A DNA stretch of 63,424 nucleotides from IMG/VR virus record IMGVR_UViG_3300028025_001987, positions 1 to 63,424 of that record. One strand, 5' to 3'. Source of the DNA: a virus. Taxonomy: Duplodnaviria > Caudoviricetes. This document shows positions 19,022 to 29,319 of the stretch, piece by piece. The notes under the pieces are model-generated. The model made no database searches. It was not told the origin of the DNA and saw nothing but the letters and a program-made list of their open reading frames with translations. Each line of letters opens with the position of its first letter. The first letter of the stretch is position 1. The position numbers were made by a program, and so were the translations under genes.

Positions 19022-19308
19022 TGAGAGACACTAAAGAAATAAAACTACGTATTATTGAAGCGGGGTACAAGGCGGTTAACCACCTTGTAAAAGTAGCTGA
19101 GGAGGATATTATTAATACCGAGTCAGATACAGACGTGTCAGCAGATAAGATGAAAAACGCAGCAGCGGCTAAGAAATTAGCCATCTTTGATGCATTTGAG
19201 ATACTAAGTAGGATAGAAGCGGAGAAAGAAAATTTGGATTCCGCAGACAGAGGAATAAGTAAAACAGATACAAAACAAGGATTTGCAGAAAGAAGGTCAA
19301 AGCAATAG
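19021..19308 (+). CDS. putative terminase small subunit
   Basis: Helical 95-aa ORF overlapping the terL start. Confidence 0.5.
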   Translation: MRDTKEIKLRIIEAGYKAVNHLVKVAEEDIINTESDTDVSADKMKNAAAAKKLAIFDAFEILSRIEAEKENLDSADRGISKTDTKQGFAERRSKQ

Positions 19309-21532
19309 TTTATGCCGTATAGTGGATAACCATATACCGGCTGCCGTCATCTCTAATAAAAATAGGGTGAGGTCGTGGTTGTATGGTTATAATCCGCAGT
19401 ATAATGTTATTGTTATCTCAAAGACCGGACAGATAGGACAGATAGTAGAGATAGAGGGATTATTTATTGCTCTTCCTGCTACACCCGAAAAGTGTCTTCA
19501 AAGACACTCCACTAAAGCTGAACAATATTGGGAGCGTCAAGAACTGCCACGAGAGTTGTTTAAAATACAATCCATATTTCAATGGAATGAAAAGCCAAAA
19601 GAATTTAAAGACCGTTGGGTTGATTATATTGAACAGGAGTTCGACTATAGAGACCAAGGTTTTTGGTTTATGAATAATGGGGTCAAGACCTACATAACAG
19701 GCTCACATTATATGTACTTGCAGTGGTCAAGCATTGACATAGGGTACCCTGATTTTCGTGAAGCGAATAGAGTCTATTGGATATTTTGGGAGGCTTGTCG
19801 TGCTGACCCAAGGTCTTTTGGTATGATATATCTAAAGATTAGACGTTCGGGATTCTCATTTATGTCATCTTCGGAGTGTATTAACATAGGTACGCTCGCA
19901 CGTGACGCACGTATAGGTATCCTGTCCAAGACGGGTGCTGATGCTAAAAAGATGTTTACCGACAAGGTAGTTCCTATCAATAGTCGTTTGCCTTTCTTTT
20001 TTAAGCCCGTTATGGATGGTATGGACAAGCCAAAGACTGAGTTGGCATTTAGAGTTCCTGCATCTAAGATTACCAAGAAGAATATGTATGAATCTAACGA
20101 CAATGAGATTGACGGATTAGATACATCAATAGATTGGAAGAATACGGAAGACAACTCATATGATGGAGAAAAACTATTGTTCTTGGCTCACGATGAGTCT
20201 GCCAAGTGGACTAAACCTGTAAACATCAAAGAGAATTGGCGTGTAACTAAAACCTGTTTGCGTTTAGGTAGTAAAATTATTGGTAAGTGTATGATGGGTT
20301 CAACGTCTAATGCTTTAAGCAAAGGAGGTCAGAACTACAAAGATATCTACGAGGATTCAAATGTAAAAGTTCGTAATGCTAACGGACAGACTAAGAGTGG
20401 CTTATATGCCCTATTTGTGCCGATGGAATGGAATATGGAAGGATTCATTGATAGATATGGTCATCCTGTATTTCGCAAGCCTGATGAGCCTATAATGGGC
20501 GTAGATGGCAATTGGATTATAAACGGAGCCATTGACTATTGGGAAGCAGAGGTTGAATCTTTAAAAAGTGATGCTGACGCACTAAACGAATTTTATCGTC
20601 AGTTTCCACGTACAGAGTCTCACGCTTTCAGAGATGAGAGCAAGCAGGCTTTGTTTAATTTAACAAAACTATATCAGCAGATTGATTATAATGACTCAAT
20701 GATTAAGGAGCATTACCTTACTCGTGGGTCTTTTTCGTGGAAAGATGGCATTAAGGATACTGAGGTTATTTGGACACCTGATACTCGTGGTAGGTTTAAT
20801 ATTGCTTGGGCACCACCTAAGCATATGCAGAATAATATTCACATACGCAATGGGATTAAATATCCCGGCAATGACCATCTTGGCTCATTTGGGTGTGACT
20901 CGTATGATATCTCAGCCGTGGTTGGAGGACGTGGGTCTAATGGTGCACTACACGGTATGACTAAGTTTCATATGGATGACGCTCCTGTCAATCAATTCTT
21001 TTTGGAGTACATTGCTCGTCCACAAACAGCAGAAATATTTTTTGAAGAGGTACTAATGGCGTGTATATTCTACGGAATGCCTATCTTAGTGGAGAATAAC
21101 AAGCCAAGACTTTTGTATCATATTAAAAATAGAGGGTACAGAGGTTTTTCTGTTAATAGACCTGATAAGCAAATGGCTAAGTTAACAAAGACTGAGAAAG
21201 AGTTAGGAGGTATTCCAAACTCATCAGAAGATGTAAAGCAAGCACACGCTTCTGCAATTGAGTCTTACATCGAGAAGTTTGTAGGATTAGATTTGGAAGC
21301 AAAATATAGAGACCCTGAGGAGATGGGCACGATGCCATTTACAAGAACTCTTGAAGATTGGGCAAGGTTTGATATAAACGATAGAACAAAATTTGATGCC
21401 TCTATTAGTTCAGGTTTATGTATAATGGCTAACCAAAAGCATTTATATATGCCTGAGAAAAAAGAATCAAATTTAATTATTAACTTTGCTAAGTATAAAA
21501 ACGATGGAACAACAAGTCAATTAATTAGATGA
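19283..21532 (+). CDS. terL: Terminase large subunit
   Basis: KIRRSGFS Walker A variant, FLAHDE Walker B, GST, FGCDSYD and ENN nuclease motifs. Confidence 0.9.
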   Translation: MQKEGQSNSLCRIVDNHIPAAVISNKNRVRSWLYGYNPQYNVIVISKTGQIGQIVEIEGLFIALPATPEKCLQRHSTKAEQYWERQELPRELFKIQSIFQWNEKPKEFKDRWVDYIEQEFDYRDQGFWFMNNGVKTYITGSHYMYLQWSSIDIGYPDFREANRVYWIFWEACRADPRSFGMIYLKIRRSGFSFMSSSECINIGTLARDARIGILSKTGADAKKMFTDKVVPINSRLPFFFKPVMDGMDKPKTELAFRVPASKITKKNMYESNDNEIDGLDTSIDWKNTEDNSYDGEKLLFLAHDESAKWTKPVNIKENWRVTKTCLRLGSKIIGKCMMGSTSNALSKGGQNYKDIYEDSNVKVRNANGQTKSGLYALFVPMEWNMEGFIDRYGHPVFRKPDEPIMGVDGNWIINGAIDYWEAEVESLKSDADALNEFYRQFPRTESHAFRDESKQALFNLTKLYQQIDYNDSMIKEHYLTRGSFSWKDGIKDTEVIWTPDTRGRFNIAWAPPKHMQNNIHIRNGIKYPGNDHLGSFGCDSYDISAVVGGRGSNGALHGMTKFHMDDAPVNQFFLEYIARPQTAEIFFEEVLMACIFYGMPILVENNKPRLLYHIKNRGYRGFSVNRPDKQMAKLTKTEKELGGIPNSSEDVKQAHASAIESYIEKFVGLDLEAKYRDPEEMGTMPFTRTLEDWARFDINDRTKFDASISSGLCIMANQKHLYMPEKKESNLIINFAKYKNDGTTSQLIR
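19492..19507. repeat. 16-bp palindrome copy (inside terL)
   Basis: GTGTCTTCAAAGACAC. Confidence 0.9.
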
Positions 21533-23964
21533 AAAATGTAACAGTACAAATAAATGCCACATCTTTCCCAAGTCAATTAGCAACTGATGCGGAAAGAGCA
21601 TCGAAGGAATTTGGACTTCAAGTGGGGCAAGGCATACAATATGAGTGGTTCCGTAAAGATGGTAACTCTTGTAGGTACTATAGCCAATGGAGAGATTTCC
21701 GTAGGCTAAGACTATATGCAAGAGGAGAACAACCAATTGGTAAATACAAAAACGAATTAGCTGTTGATGGTGATTTATCTTATTTAAATTTAGATTGGAC
21801 TCCTGTACCTATCATACCAAAGTTTGTTGACATTGTTGTTAACGGAATGTCTGATAGGCTTTTTAAGGTTAAGGCATATGCACAAGATGCAATGTCTCAA
21901 GCTAAAAGAAGTAAGTATCAAGATATGGTTGAGTCTCAAATGGTATCAAAAGATATTTTGACAACTATAAAAGACAAGACAGGTGTTGACGCATTTATGA
22001 TGGACCCTGAGCAACTTCCTGAAACAGACGAAGAGTTGTCGTTGTATATGCAGCTTAAGTTTAAGCCTGCGATTGAAATTGCAGAAGAAGAAGCAATCAA
22101 TACTATTTTTGATGAGAATCATTATGATGACTTAAGAAAGAGACTTGACTATGATGCAACAGTAATTGGTATTGAGGTTGCAAAGCACGAATTTTTACAA
22201 GGTACAGGCGTTCAAATTTCTTATGTTGACCCTGCTAATATTGTTTATAGTTATACTGAAGACCCATTCTTTAAAGATTGTTTTTATTGGGGTGAGATTA
22301 AAACGCTTCCAATAGGAGAGTTAATGAAGATTGACCAATCTTTAACTAGAGAAGATTTACAAGAGATTACGCAATATAGCCAAGCGTGGTATGATTATTA
22401 TAATGTAGCACAGTTCTATGAGAACAGTATGTTTAATCGTGATACTTGCACTTTATTATATTTTAATTATAAGACCACTAAAAAAGTAGTTTATAAAAAG
22501 AAAATTTTAGAAGGTGGTGGTTCTCGTATTATCGAGAAAGATGAAACTTTTAATCCTCCTACCGAGATGATGGAGGAAGGAAATTTTGAGAAAATAGAGA
22601 AAACTATTGACGTTTGGTATGAAGGTATTATGGTAATGGGTACCAATATCTTATTACAATGGAAGATGTCTGAAAATATGGTTCGTCCTAAGTCAGCATC
22701 TCAACACGCACTACCAAACTATGTAGCTTGTGCTCCACGTATGTATAAGGGAGTTATTGAGTCATTATGTAGAAGGATGATACCATTTGCTGATTTGATT
22801 CAAATTACGCATTTAAAATTACAACAAGTTATTGCACGTACAGTTCCGGATGGTGTCTTTATTGATGCTGATGGTTTAAACGAGATTGACTTAGGCACGG
22901 GTAACGCATACAATCCTGAGGATGCTTTAAGATTATACTTCCAAACGGGTAGTGTAATTGGACGTAGCTTTACTCAAGATGGTGACTTTAACAACGCAAG
23001 AGTGCCTATTACTCAGTTAAACTCTAACTCAGGTGCTGCTAAAACGCAGATGTTAATTACCAATATGAATCACTACGTTGATATGATTAGGTCTGTGACC
23101 GGTCTTAACGAAGCAAGAGATGGTTCTAATCCTGACCCTAACTCATTAGTTGGTCTACAAAAGATGGCTGCCTTAAACTCAAATACAGCTACAAGACACA
23201 TCCTTGATGGTTCTTTGTATGTTTATCGTTCATTAGCAGAGGCTTTAACTTATAGAATTGCTGACATTTTGCAATATGCTGACTTTAAAGACGAGTTTGC
23301 TAATCAAATTGGTAAGTACAATGTATCTATATTAGAAGAGATAAAAGACCTATATATTTATGACTTTGGTATATTCATTGAGGTTTCACCTGATGAAGAG
23401 CAAAAGGCACAATTAGAAGGTAATATCCAAATGGCATTATCTAAAGGTGACATTAACCTTGAGGATGCAATTGACATACGTGAGATTCGCAATATTAAAC
23501 TTGCTAATCAATTATTAAAGATGAAGCGTATTAAAACTCAAGAGCGTTTAGAGAAGAATGAGATGCAGAAGCAGGCAATGATTGCTCAGCAACAATTGAA
23601 GTCTCAAGAGATGGCAGGACAGGTTGCTATGCAAAAGATTGATTTGGAGACAAGGTCTAAGATGCAGATTAAACAAGCAGAGGTAGCCTTTGATATCCAA
23701 AAAATGGAGAAAGAAGCGGAGATGAAATCTTATTTGATGCGTGAGGAGTTTGACTACAACTTGCAGCTTCGTGGTATGGAGACAAGTAATATAAATAGCA
23801 GAGAGCAAACAAAAGAAGATGCTAAAGCAAAAAGAATTAGCCAACAAAATACAGAGCAATCTAAATTAATTAATCAAAGAAAGAACAATCTACCTCCAAT
23901 AAGTTTTGAATCAAATGAGGATAGTTTAGATGGCTTTGATTTAGCTGAATTTGAACCTAGATAA
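21529..23964 (+). CDS. Portal protein
   Basis: 811 aa directly after terL; PIIPKFVDIVVNG; long helical Gln-rich C-terminus. Confidence 0.85.
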   Translation: MKNVTVQINATSFPSQLATDAERASKEFGLQVGQGIQYEWFRKDGNSCRYYSQWRDFRRLRLYARGEQPIGKYKNELAVDGDLSYLNLDWTPVPIIPKFVDIVVNGMSDRLFKVKAYAQDAMSQAKRSKYQDMVESQMVSKDILTTIKDKTGVDAFMMDPEQLPETDEELSLYMQLKFKPAIEIAEEEAINTIFDENHYDDLRKRLDYDATVIGIEVAKHEFLQGTGVQISYVDPANIVYSYTEDPFFKDCFYWGEIKTLPIGELMKIDQSLTREDLQEITQYSQAWYDYYNVAQFYENSMFNRDTCTLLYFNYKTTKKVVYKKKILEGGGSRIIEKDETFNPPTEMMEEGNFEKIEKTIDVWYEGIMVMGTNILLQWKMSENMVRPKSASQHALPNYVACAPRMYKGVIESLCRRMIPFADLIQITHLKLQQVIARTVPDGVFIDADGLNEIDLGTGNAYNPEDALRLYFQTGSVIGRSFTQDGDFNNARVPITQLNSNSGAAKTQMLITNMNHYVDMIRSVTGLNEARDGSNPDPNSLVGLQKMAALNSNTATRHILDGSLYVYRSLAEALTYRIADILQYADFKDEFANQIGKYNVSILEEIKDLYIYDFGIFIEVSPDEEQKAQLEGNIQMALSKGDINLEDAIDIREIRNIKLANQLLKMKRIKTQERLEKNEMQKQAMIAQQQLKSQEMAGQVAMQKIDLETRSKMQIKQAEVAFDIQKMEKEAEMKSYLMREEFDYNLQLRGMETSNINSREQTKEDAKAKRISQQNTEQSKLINQRKNNLPPISFESNEDSLDGFDLAEFEPR

Positions 23965-23982
23965 AATGTCGAAATTTTTATC

Positions 23983-23990
23983 TATTTTTG
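23983..23990 (+). promoter_or_regulatory. -7 promoter element for scaffold/capsid
   Basis: TATTTTTG. Confidence 0.55.
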
Positions 23991-24010
23991 TATAAATAAA
24001 ATCAAATCAA

Positions 24011-25096
24011 ATGGAATATAAAGTTAGAGCCGTAGAAATGCTTGAACCTAAAAGTGTTCAAGAAGTGGAACAACAGTTACTTGATAAACACGAAGAGTCG
24101 TTAAATCAAGAAAACAATGAAGTAGATAAAGAGGTTGTAATAGACCCAATACCTGCGGGTGTTGATTTAAAGGATGAAGACGTTCTTTCATATATTGGTA
24201 AAAGATATAACAAGCAGATAAATTCATTGGATGAATTGGTAGCTGAGCGTAAAGAAGCTGAGCAATTACCTGAAGATGTAGCTGCTTTTATGAAATATAA
24301 GCAAGATACAGGTCGTGGATTTGAAGACTTTGTAAAATTGGGAAAGGACTTTGAAAAAATGGACCCTGACCAATTGCTTAAAGAATACCTTTCTTCCACA
24401 CAGGAAGGTCTTGATAGTGATGACATTGAGACTTTAATGGATGAGTACAAGTTTGACACTGAGTTAGATGATGAGTCAACTATTAAAAAGGCAAAAATCG
24501 CAAAAAAGAAAGTTCTTGCTGAAGCTAAGAAATATTTCACTTCCCAAAAGGAACAATACAAAATGCCCCTTGAGTCAAGAACGGCATTTATTCCAAATGA
24601 GGAGAAAGAAATATACGATAGCTATAAGCAATATGCCCAACAGGCAAAGACCATAGAAGAGGAGAACAATCGTAAACGTCAATGGTTTGACCAAAAGACG
24701 AACGATGTTTTTAGCGGAGAGTTCAAAGGTTTTGAGTTCAATGTTAATGACAAGAAGTTCACGTTTGCTCCCGGAGATGCTAGTGAGTTGAAAAAGAACC
24801 AAGCTACACCACAGAACTTTATTAACAAGTTCTTAGATGAGCAAGGTTTAATGAAAGACGCAGCAGGCTATCATAGGTCATTGTCGATAGCAATGCATCC
24901 TGACAAATTTGCTAAATTCTTTTATGAACAAGGGCTGTCTGATGCTACTGAAGATGTAATGCGTAAAACCAAAAACATCAATATGTCAGAGCGTAAAGCA
25001 CCCGAGGTTAGCAAATTAACGAATGGAATGCAGGTGAAAGCGATAAACCCTGATTCAGGACGAAACCTGAAAATTCGCAGTATAAAAAAAATATAA
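24011..25096 (+). CDS. putative scaffolding protein
   Basis: Acidic helical protein between portal and capsid genes. Confidence 0.65.
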   Translation: MEYKVRAVEMLEPKSVQEVEQQLLDKHEESLNQENNEVDKEVVIDPIPAGVDLKDEDVLSYIGKRYNKQINSLDELVAERKEAEQLPEDVAAFMKYKQDTGRGFEDFVKLGKDFEKMDPDQLLKEYLSSTQEGLDSDDIETLMDEYKFDTELDDESTIKKAKIAKKKVLAEAKKYFTSQKEQYKMPLESRTAFIPNEEKEIYDSYKQYAQQAKTIEEENNRKRQWFDQKTNDVFSGEFKGFEFNVNDKKFTFAPGDASELKKNQATPQNFINKFLDEQGLMKDAAGYHRSLSIAMHPDKFAKFFYEQGLSDATEDVMRKTKNINMSERKAPEVSKLTNGMQVKAINPDSGRNLKIRSIKKI

Positions 25097-25116
25097 ACAA
25101 TTAAAAATTTAAAAAA

Positions 25117-26535
25117 ATGGCAAGTGCACTTTTAAGTTCCCCTACCTATGCCCTGCAGCCTTCTGCAGAACAGGTAGCGTTACAAACAAACTACATTACC
25201 AACTTCAACTTTTTGAATCAGTATCTTCCTGATACTTATGAGAAAGAATTTGAGCGTTATGGTAATAGAACAATCGCATCTTTCTTACGTATGGTAGGAG
25301 CAGAGATGCCGTCTAATTCTGACCAAATCAAATGGGCAGAGCAAGGACGTTTACACATCAAGTACACAAGTTGTACTTCAGCAGCAGCAGCAGGTGCTTC
25401 AACAGCAACTTTTACTGTAGCTGATAGTGGTGTGACTTATATCGCTATTCGTGTTGGACAAACTTTGATGATTCAAAATAATACATCAGGTGTTTTCAAC
25501 AAGGCTATCGTAACTGCAGTTCCTTCAGCAACTACTTTCACAGTAGCTTACTACGAGACTGCAGGTCAATCTTTCGCTGTTTCTACAGCTTGTACTGTAT
25601 TCATTTACGGTTCTGAATTTAAGAAAGGAACTAACGGAATGGTTGGTTCATTAGAATCAGAAGATGATATCTACAGCAACAACCCTATTATCATTAAAGA
25701 TAAGTATGCGGTTAATGGTTCAGATATGGCTCAAATCGGTTGGGTTGAAGTTACTACTGAGAACGGTGCTACAGGATACTTGTGGTATTTGAAATCAGAG
25801 CACGAGACTCGTTTACGTTTTGAGGATTACTTAGAGACTGCAATGATTGAAGCAGTACCTGCTGCATCTTCTTCAGGAGCTGCAACTGCAGGTTACATTG
25901 GTTCTCAAGGTATTTTCTACGTTGTAAACAATCGTGGTAACGTTTGGGGTGGTGGTACTCCAACAACTTTATCTGATTGGGATTCTATCGTTTCTCGTTT
26001 AGATAAGCAAGGTGCTATCGAAGAGAACGTAGTATTCGTAAATCGTGGATTAAGTTTCGATATTGACAATATGTTGGCTCAATTGAACGGCTACACTTCA
26101 GGTGGTGTTGCTCAATCAGCTTCATTTGGTCTTTTCGATAACGATGTTGATATGGCGTTAAATTTAGGTTTCACAGGATTCCGTAGAGGTTATGACTTCT
26201 ACAAGTCTGATTGGAAATACTTAAATGACCCAACTATGCGTGGTGGTTTAAACCAAACTGCTGCAACTGCAACCGGTACTATCACAGGTTTGATGGTTCC
26301 TGCAGGTTCTACTTCAGTGTACGACCAAATTATGGGCAAGAACGCTAAGCGTCCTTTCTTACACGTTCGTTACCGTGCTTCTGAAGCTGAAGACCGCAGA
26401 TACAAAACTTGGATTACAGGTTCTGCCGGTGGTGCTGCTACAAGCGACTTGGATGCAATGGAGGTTAACTTCCTTTCTGAGCGTTGCGTATGTACTTTGG
26501 GTGCAAACAACTTCGTGTTATTCCGTTATGGATAA
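25117..26535 (+). CDS. Major capsid protein
   Basis: Position, size (472 aa), highly expressed-type codon use, strong terminator downstream. Confidence 0.85.
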   Translation: MASALLSSPTYALQPSAEQVALQTNYITNFNFLNQYLPDTYEKEFERYGNRTIASFLRMVGAEMPSNSDQIKWAEQGRLHIKYTSCTSAAAAGASTATFTVADSGVTYIAIRVGQTLMIQNNTSGVFNKAIVTAVPSATTFTVAYYETAGQSFAVSTACTVFIYGSEFKKGTNGMVGSLESEDDIYSNNPIIIKDKYAVNGSDMAQIGWVEVTTENGATGYLWYLKSEHETRLRFEDYLETAMIEAVPAASSSGAATAGYIGSQGIFYVVNNRGNVWGGGTPTTLSDWDSIVSRLDKQGAIEENVVFVNRGLSFDIDNMLAQLNGYTSGGVAQSASFGLFDNDVDMALNLGFTGFRRGYDFYKSDWKYLNDPTMRGGLNQTAATATGTITGLMVPAGSTSVYDQIMGKNAKRPFLHVRYRASEAEDRRYKTWITGSAGGAATSDLDAMEVNFLSERCVCTLGANNFVLFRYG

Positions 26536-26552
26536 TAGGTGGTAAATATAAT

Positions 26553-26586
26553 GGGAGGGTGTCTTTAAAGACACTCTCCTTTTTTT
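26553..26586 (+). terminator. intrinsic terminator built on the 16-bp palindrome
   Basis: GGGAGG-GTGTCTTTAAAGACAC-TCTCCT followed by a T run. Confidence 0.8.
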
Positions 26587-26610
26587 AAATCAAATCAAAT
26601 TAAATATAAA

Positions 26611-27354
26611 ATGTCAAAAGTTATTTCGTCTGTAGATAAAGTTTATAAACTTAAAATAGGCAACCCGCTATCTTATACGTTAGCATCAAGAAACCATCCT
26701 CGATTCCCACTAATGTGGTTCGATGAGAAAAACAACCAAAACCGTGCTCTTAGGTATTCCACAAATCAGAAGTCTCCTTTCGAGGATGAGCAAGATGGGA
26801 ATGCTATTATTGAACCAATCATATTTGAAGATGGGTTCTTAAGAGTACCAAGAACAAACCCCGTACTACAGCAGTTTTTACATTACCATCCTTTAAATGG
26901 TAATATTTTTGTTGAAATAGACAAAGAGAAAGACGCAAGTGCTGAGGTTGAAGATTTAAACATTGAAGTTGATGCCTTAATTGAGGCTCGCCAACTTACA
27001 CTTGACCAAATTGAAACTCTAACAAGAGTGATGTTTGGGAAAGACCCATCTACCGTATCTACTGCCGAATTAAAGCGTGATATATTGGTATTTGCTAAAA
27101 AAGACCCAAGAGAGTTTTTAAATATATTGAATGACCCTGAATTAAAATTCCAAGCAAAAATCCGCACATTCTTTGAAAACAAGTTATTAGTATTAAGAAA
27201 TGGAGAAAAAGAGGTGTGGTTTAATACAGCTACTAATAAGAAAAAGATGTTGTCAGTTCCTTTTGGAGAAGACCCTTATGCTATGGTAGCCCATTTCTTA
27301 CAAAGTGATGAAGGCATAGATTCACTTAAGATGTTAGAAGCTACTTTATCGTAG
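26611..27354 (+). CDS. conserved hypothetical protein after the capsid gene
   Basis: 247-aa ORF, AATCAAATCAAAT leader. Confidence 0.7.
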   Translation: MSKVISSVDKVYKLKIGNPLSYTLASRNHPRFPLMWFDEKNNQNRALRYSTNQKSPFEDEQDGNAIIEPIIFEDGFLRVPRTNPVLQQFLHYHPLNGNIFVEIDKEKDASAEVEDLNIEVDALIEARQLTLDQIETLTRVMFGKDPSTVSTAELKRDILVFAKKDPREFLNILNDPELKFQAKIRTFFENKLLVLRNGEKEVWFNTATNKKKMLSVPFGEDPYAMVAHFLQSDEGIDSLKMLEATLS

Positions 27355-27385
27355 ATATATTTGGTTATTGATTGATTGATAGGTT

Positions 27386-27418
27386 AGAGGGGGTACTGAT
27401 TGTACCCTCTTTTTTTTT
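27386..27418 (+). terminator. intrinsic terminator
   Basis: AGAGG(GG)GTAC-TGATT-GTACCCTCT followed by T8. Confidence 0.7.
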
Positions 27419-27421
27419 ATG

Positions 27422-27429
27422 TATATTTG
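27422..27429 (+). promoter_or_regulatory. -7 promoter element for tail genes
   Basis: TATATTTG. Confidence 0.55.
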
Positions 27430-27443
27430 TAAAAAAAAGACTA

Positions 27444-28382
27444 ATGATAAACTCAGTAAGAAATACGGTATTGTCTGTGTTGAATAAGAACAACTACGGA
27501 TACATATCTCCTTCTGATTTTAACTTGTATTCACAGAATGCTCAAGTTGAGATTTATGAAGAATATTTCAGCAGCTATAACAAAGTTATAAATGCTGAGA
27601 ATGCAAGGATGTCAGGTGTTGATTATGCAGATATGGAGCAGCCTATTGCAGAGGTATTAGAATATTTTTTAAGAACAGACTATTTAACAAAAATAGCTGC
27701 TAATAAATTCTCAATGCCTACGCCTGCGACAACAGGATATTATACTTATATGTTATTGGACATCAAGTGTAAACCGGTTACATTAAGAACAGGGACAAAC
27801 ACATCTGTGGTAGCTAGTCAATTAGTTGATAGCACTGCCTTATTTACTACTTATGGTATTTCAGCAGGAGATATTGTTACCAATATAACTACAGGTTTAG
27901 TATCTACCGTAACATCGGTAGTTAGTAATACTGTATTAGCATTAGATTCAAATATATTTTTAGCATCCGCAAACTCTTATGGAGTTTTTTCTTCATCTAC
28001 TAATGTTCAAGCAGAGAAGGTGATTAATAATAAACTTGCCTTATTAGTTAACTCTAATTTGACACAGCCAACTAAGGAGTTCCCTGTTTATGCATTACAA
28101 GGCGAAGAATTGACTTTCTATCCTACAACGATAAGTAACAAGGGACAAGTGCAAGCAACCTATTTTAGGTACCCTAAAGTTCCAAAATGGACGTATATTA
28201 CCTTGACAAATGGTGAGCCGGTATTTGACCAATCACAAAATGATTATCAAGATTTTGAGTTGCCTATTGAAGATGAATACAAATTGGTTACAAGGATTCT
28301 TCAATATTGCGGTATGTCTATTCGTGAGTCTGAGGTTACACAATTTAGTATGGCTAAAGAGCAACAAGAACAAAATCCATAA
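27444..28382 (+). CDS. head-tail adaptor / tail ring protein
   Basis: MINSVRNTVLSVLNK..GYISP.DFN...Y.RYPKVPKW...DFELP; start moved downstream of the terminator and promoter. Confidence 0.6.
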   Translation: MINSVRNTVLSVLNKNNYGYISPSDFNLYSQNAQVEIYEEYFSSYNKVINAENARMSGVDYADMEQPIAEVLEYFLRTDYLTKIAANKFSMPTPATTGYYTYMLLDIKCKPVTLRTGTNTSVVASQLVDSTALFTTYGISAGDIVTNITTGLVSTVTSVVSNTVLALDSNIFLASANSYGVFSSSTNVQAEKVINNKLALLVNSNLTQPTKEFPVYALQGEELTFYPTTISNKGQVQATYFRYPKVPKWTYITLTNGEPVFDQSQNDYQDFELPIEDEYKLVTRILQYCGMSIRESEVTQFSMAKEQQEQNP

Positions 28383-28394
28383 AAAATTTAAGAT

Positions 28395-29318
28395 ATGGCA
28401 TATATATCACAGTATCAATATTACGAGAATGGAGGAGTTGTTCCTGAAGACACCAATTGGGGGTCTTATCAGTTTATTAGTTTAACTGATATTGTCAATA
28501 ATTTCTTGCTAATGTATGCAGGAAACCATTCATTGGTTAATAACGAAGAAAGATACAAAATATTATTTCACGCAAAGCGTGCTATTCAAGAACTTAATTA
28601 TGATGCTTTTAAAGAAATTAAAGTATTAGAATTGACCGTACCTGACAATTTAAGGTACATATTTCCATCTGACTATGTCAATTGGGTACGTGTATCTTTA
28701 TATAAAGATGGTTGGCTTAGACCTTTAACTGAAAATATTCAAACACTTTCATCTAAGGCTTATCTTCAAGACAATACGGGTCGTATTTTATTTGACCAAT
28801 ATGGGAATGCTTTATCTCCACAATACTCAACTATTGATTTGAATAGATTAGCTAAAACAAAAAAAAGCATTTATCTTAATCAAGGTAATCAATATAATGG
28901 GCAGTTAGGATGGAACTATGATGGAATGTGGTATTTTGAAGCAAACATTGGGGCGGCATATGGACTAAATACAGAGACTGCAAACTTTAATCCTACTTTT
29001 AATATTGATAGAAAATCAGGAGTTATTAACTTTGACTCATCTATGTCAGGGTTATCTTGTATTCTTGAGTATGTGTCTGATGGTATGGAACAAGGAGACA
29101 ATTCTTTGATTACAGTAAACAAGTTATTTGAAGCATATATTTATGCAGCAATCGAGTACGAGATACTTAGTTCTAAACTTGGTGTCCAAGAATATATTGT
29201 TGCCCGTTCTCGTAAAAAAAGAAAGGCTTTGTTAAGTAATGCTAAAATAAGAATCAGTAACATTCATCCCGGTAGACTCTTAATGAATATGAGAGGTATG
29301 GACAAGCAAATAAAATAA
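28395..29318 (+). CDS. virion structural (tail ring) protein
   Basis: Position in the tail module; P.DYVNWVR motif. Confidence 0.55.
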   Translation: MAYISQYQYYENGGVVPEDTNWGSYQFISLTDIVNNFLLMYAGNHSLVNNEERYKILFHAKRAIQELNYDAFKEIKVLELTVPDNLRYIFPSDYVNWVRVSLYKDGWLRPLTENIQTLSSKAYLQDNTGRILFDQYGNALSPQYSTIDLNRLAKTKKSIYLNQGNQYNGQLGWNYDGMWYFEANIGAAYGLNTETANFNPTFNIDRKSGVINFDSSMSGLSCILEYVSDGMEQGDNSLITVNKLFEAYIYAAIEYEILSSKLGVQEYIVARSRKKRKALLSNAKIRISNIHPGRLLMNMRGMDKQIK

Positions 29319-29319
29319 A

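Noticed and set aside
27372-27443. Upstream start for the 27372 ORF
   Set aside because: Overlaps a terminator and promoter; ATG at 27444 preferred
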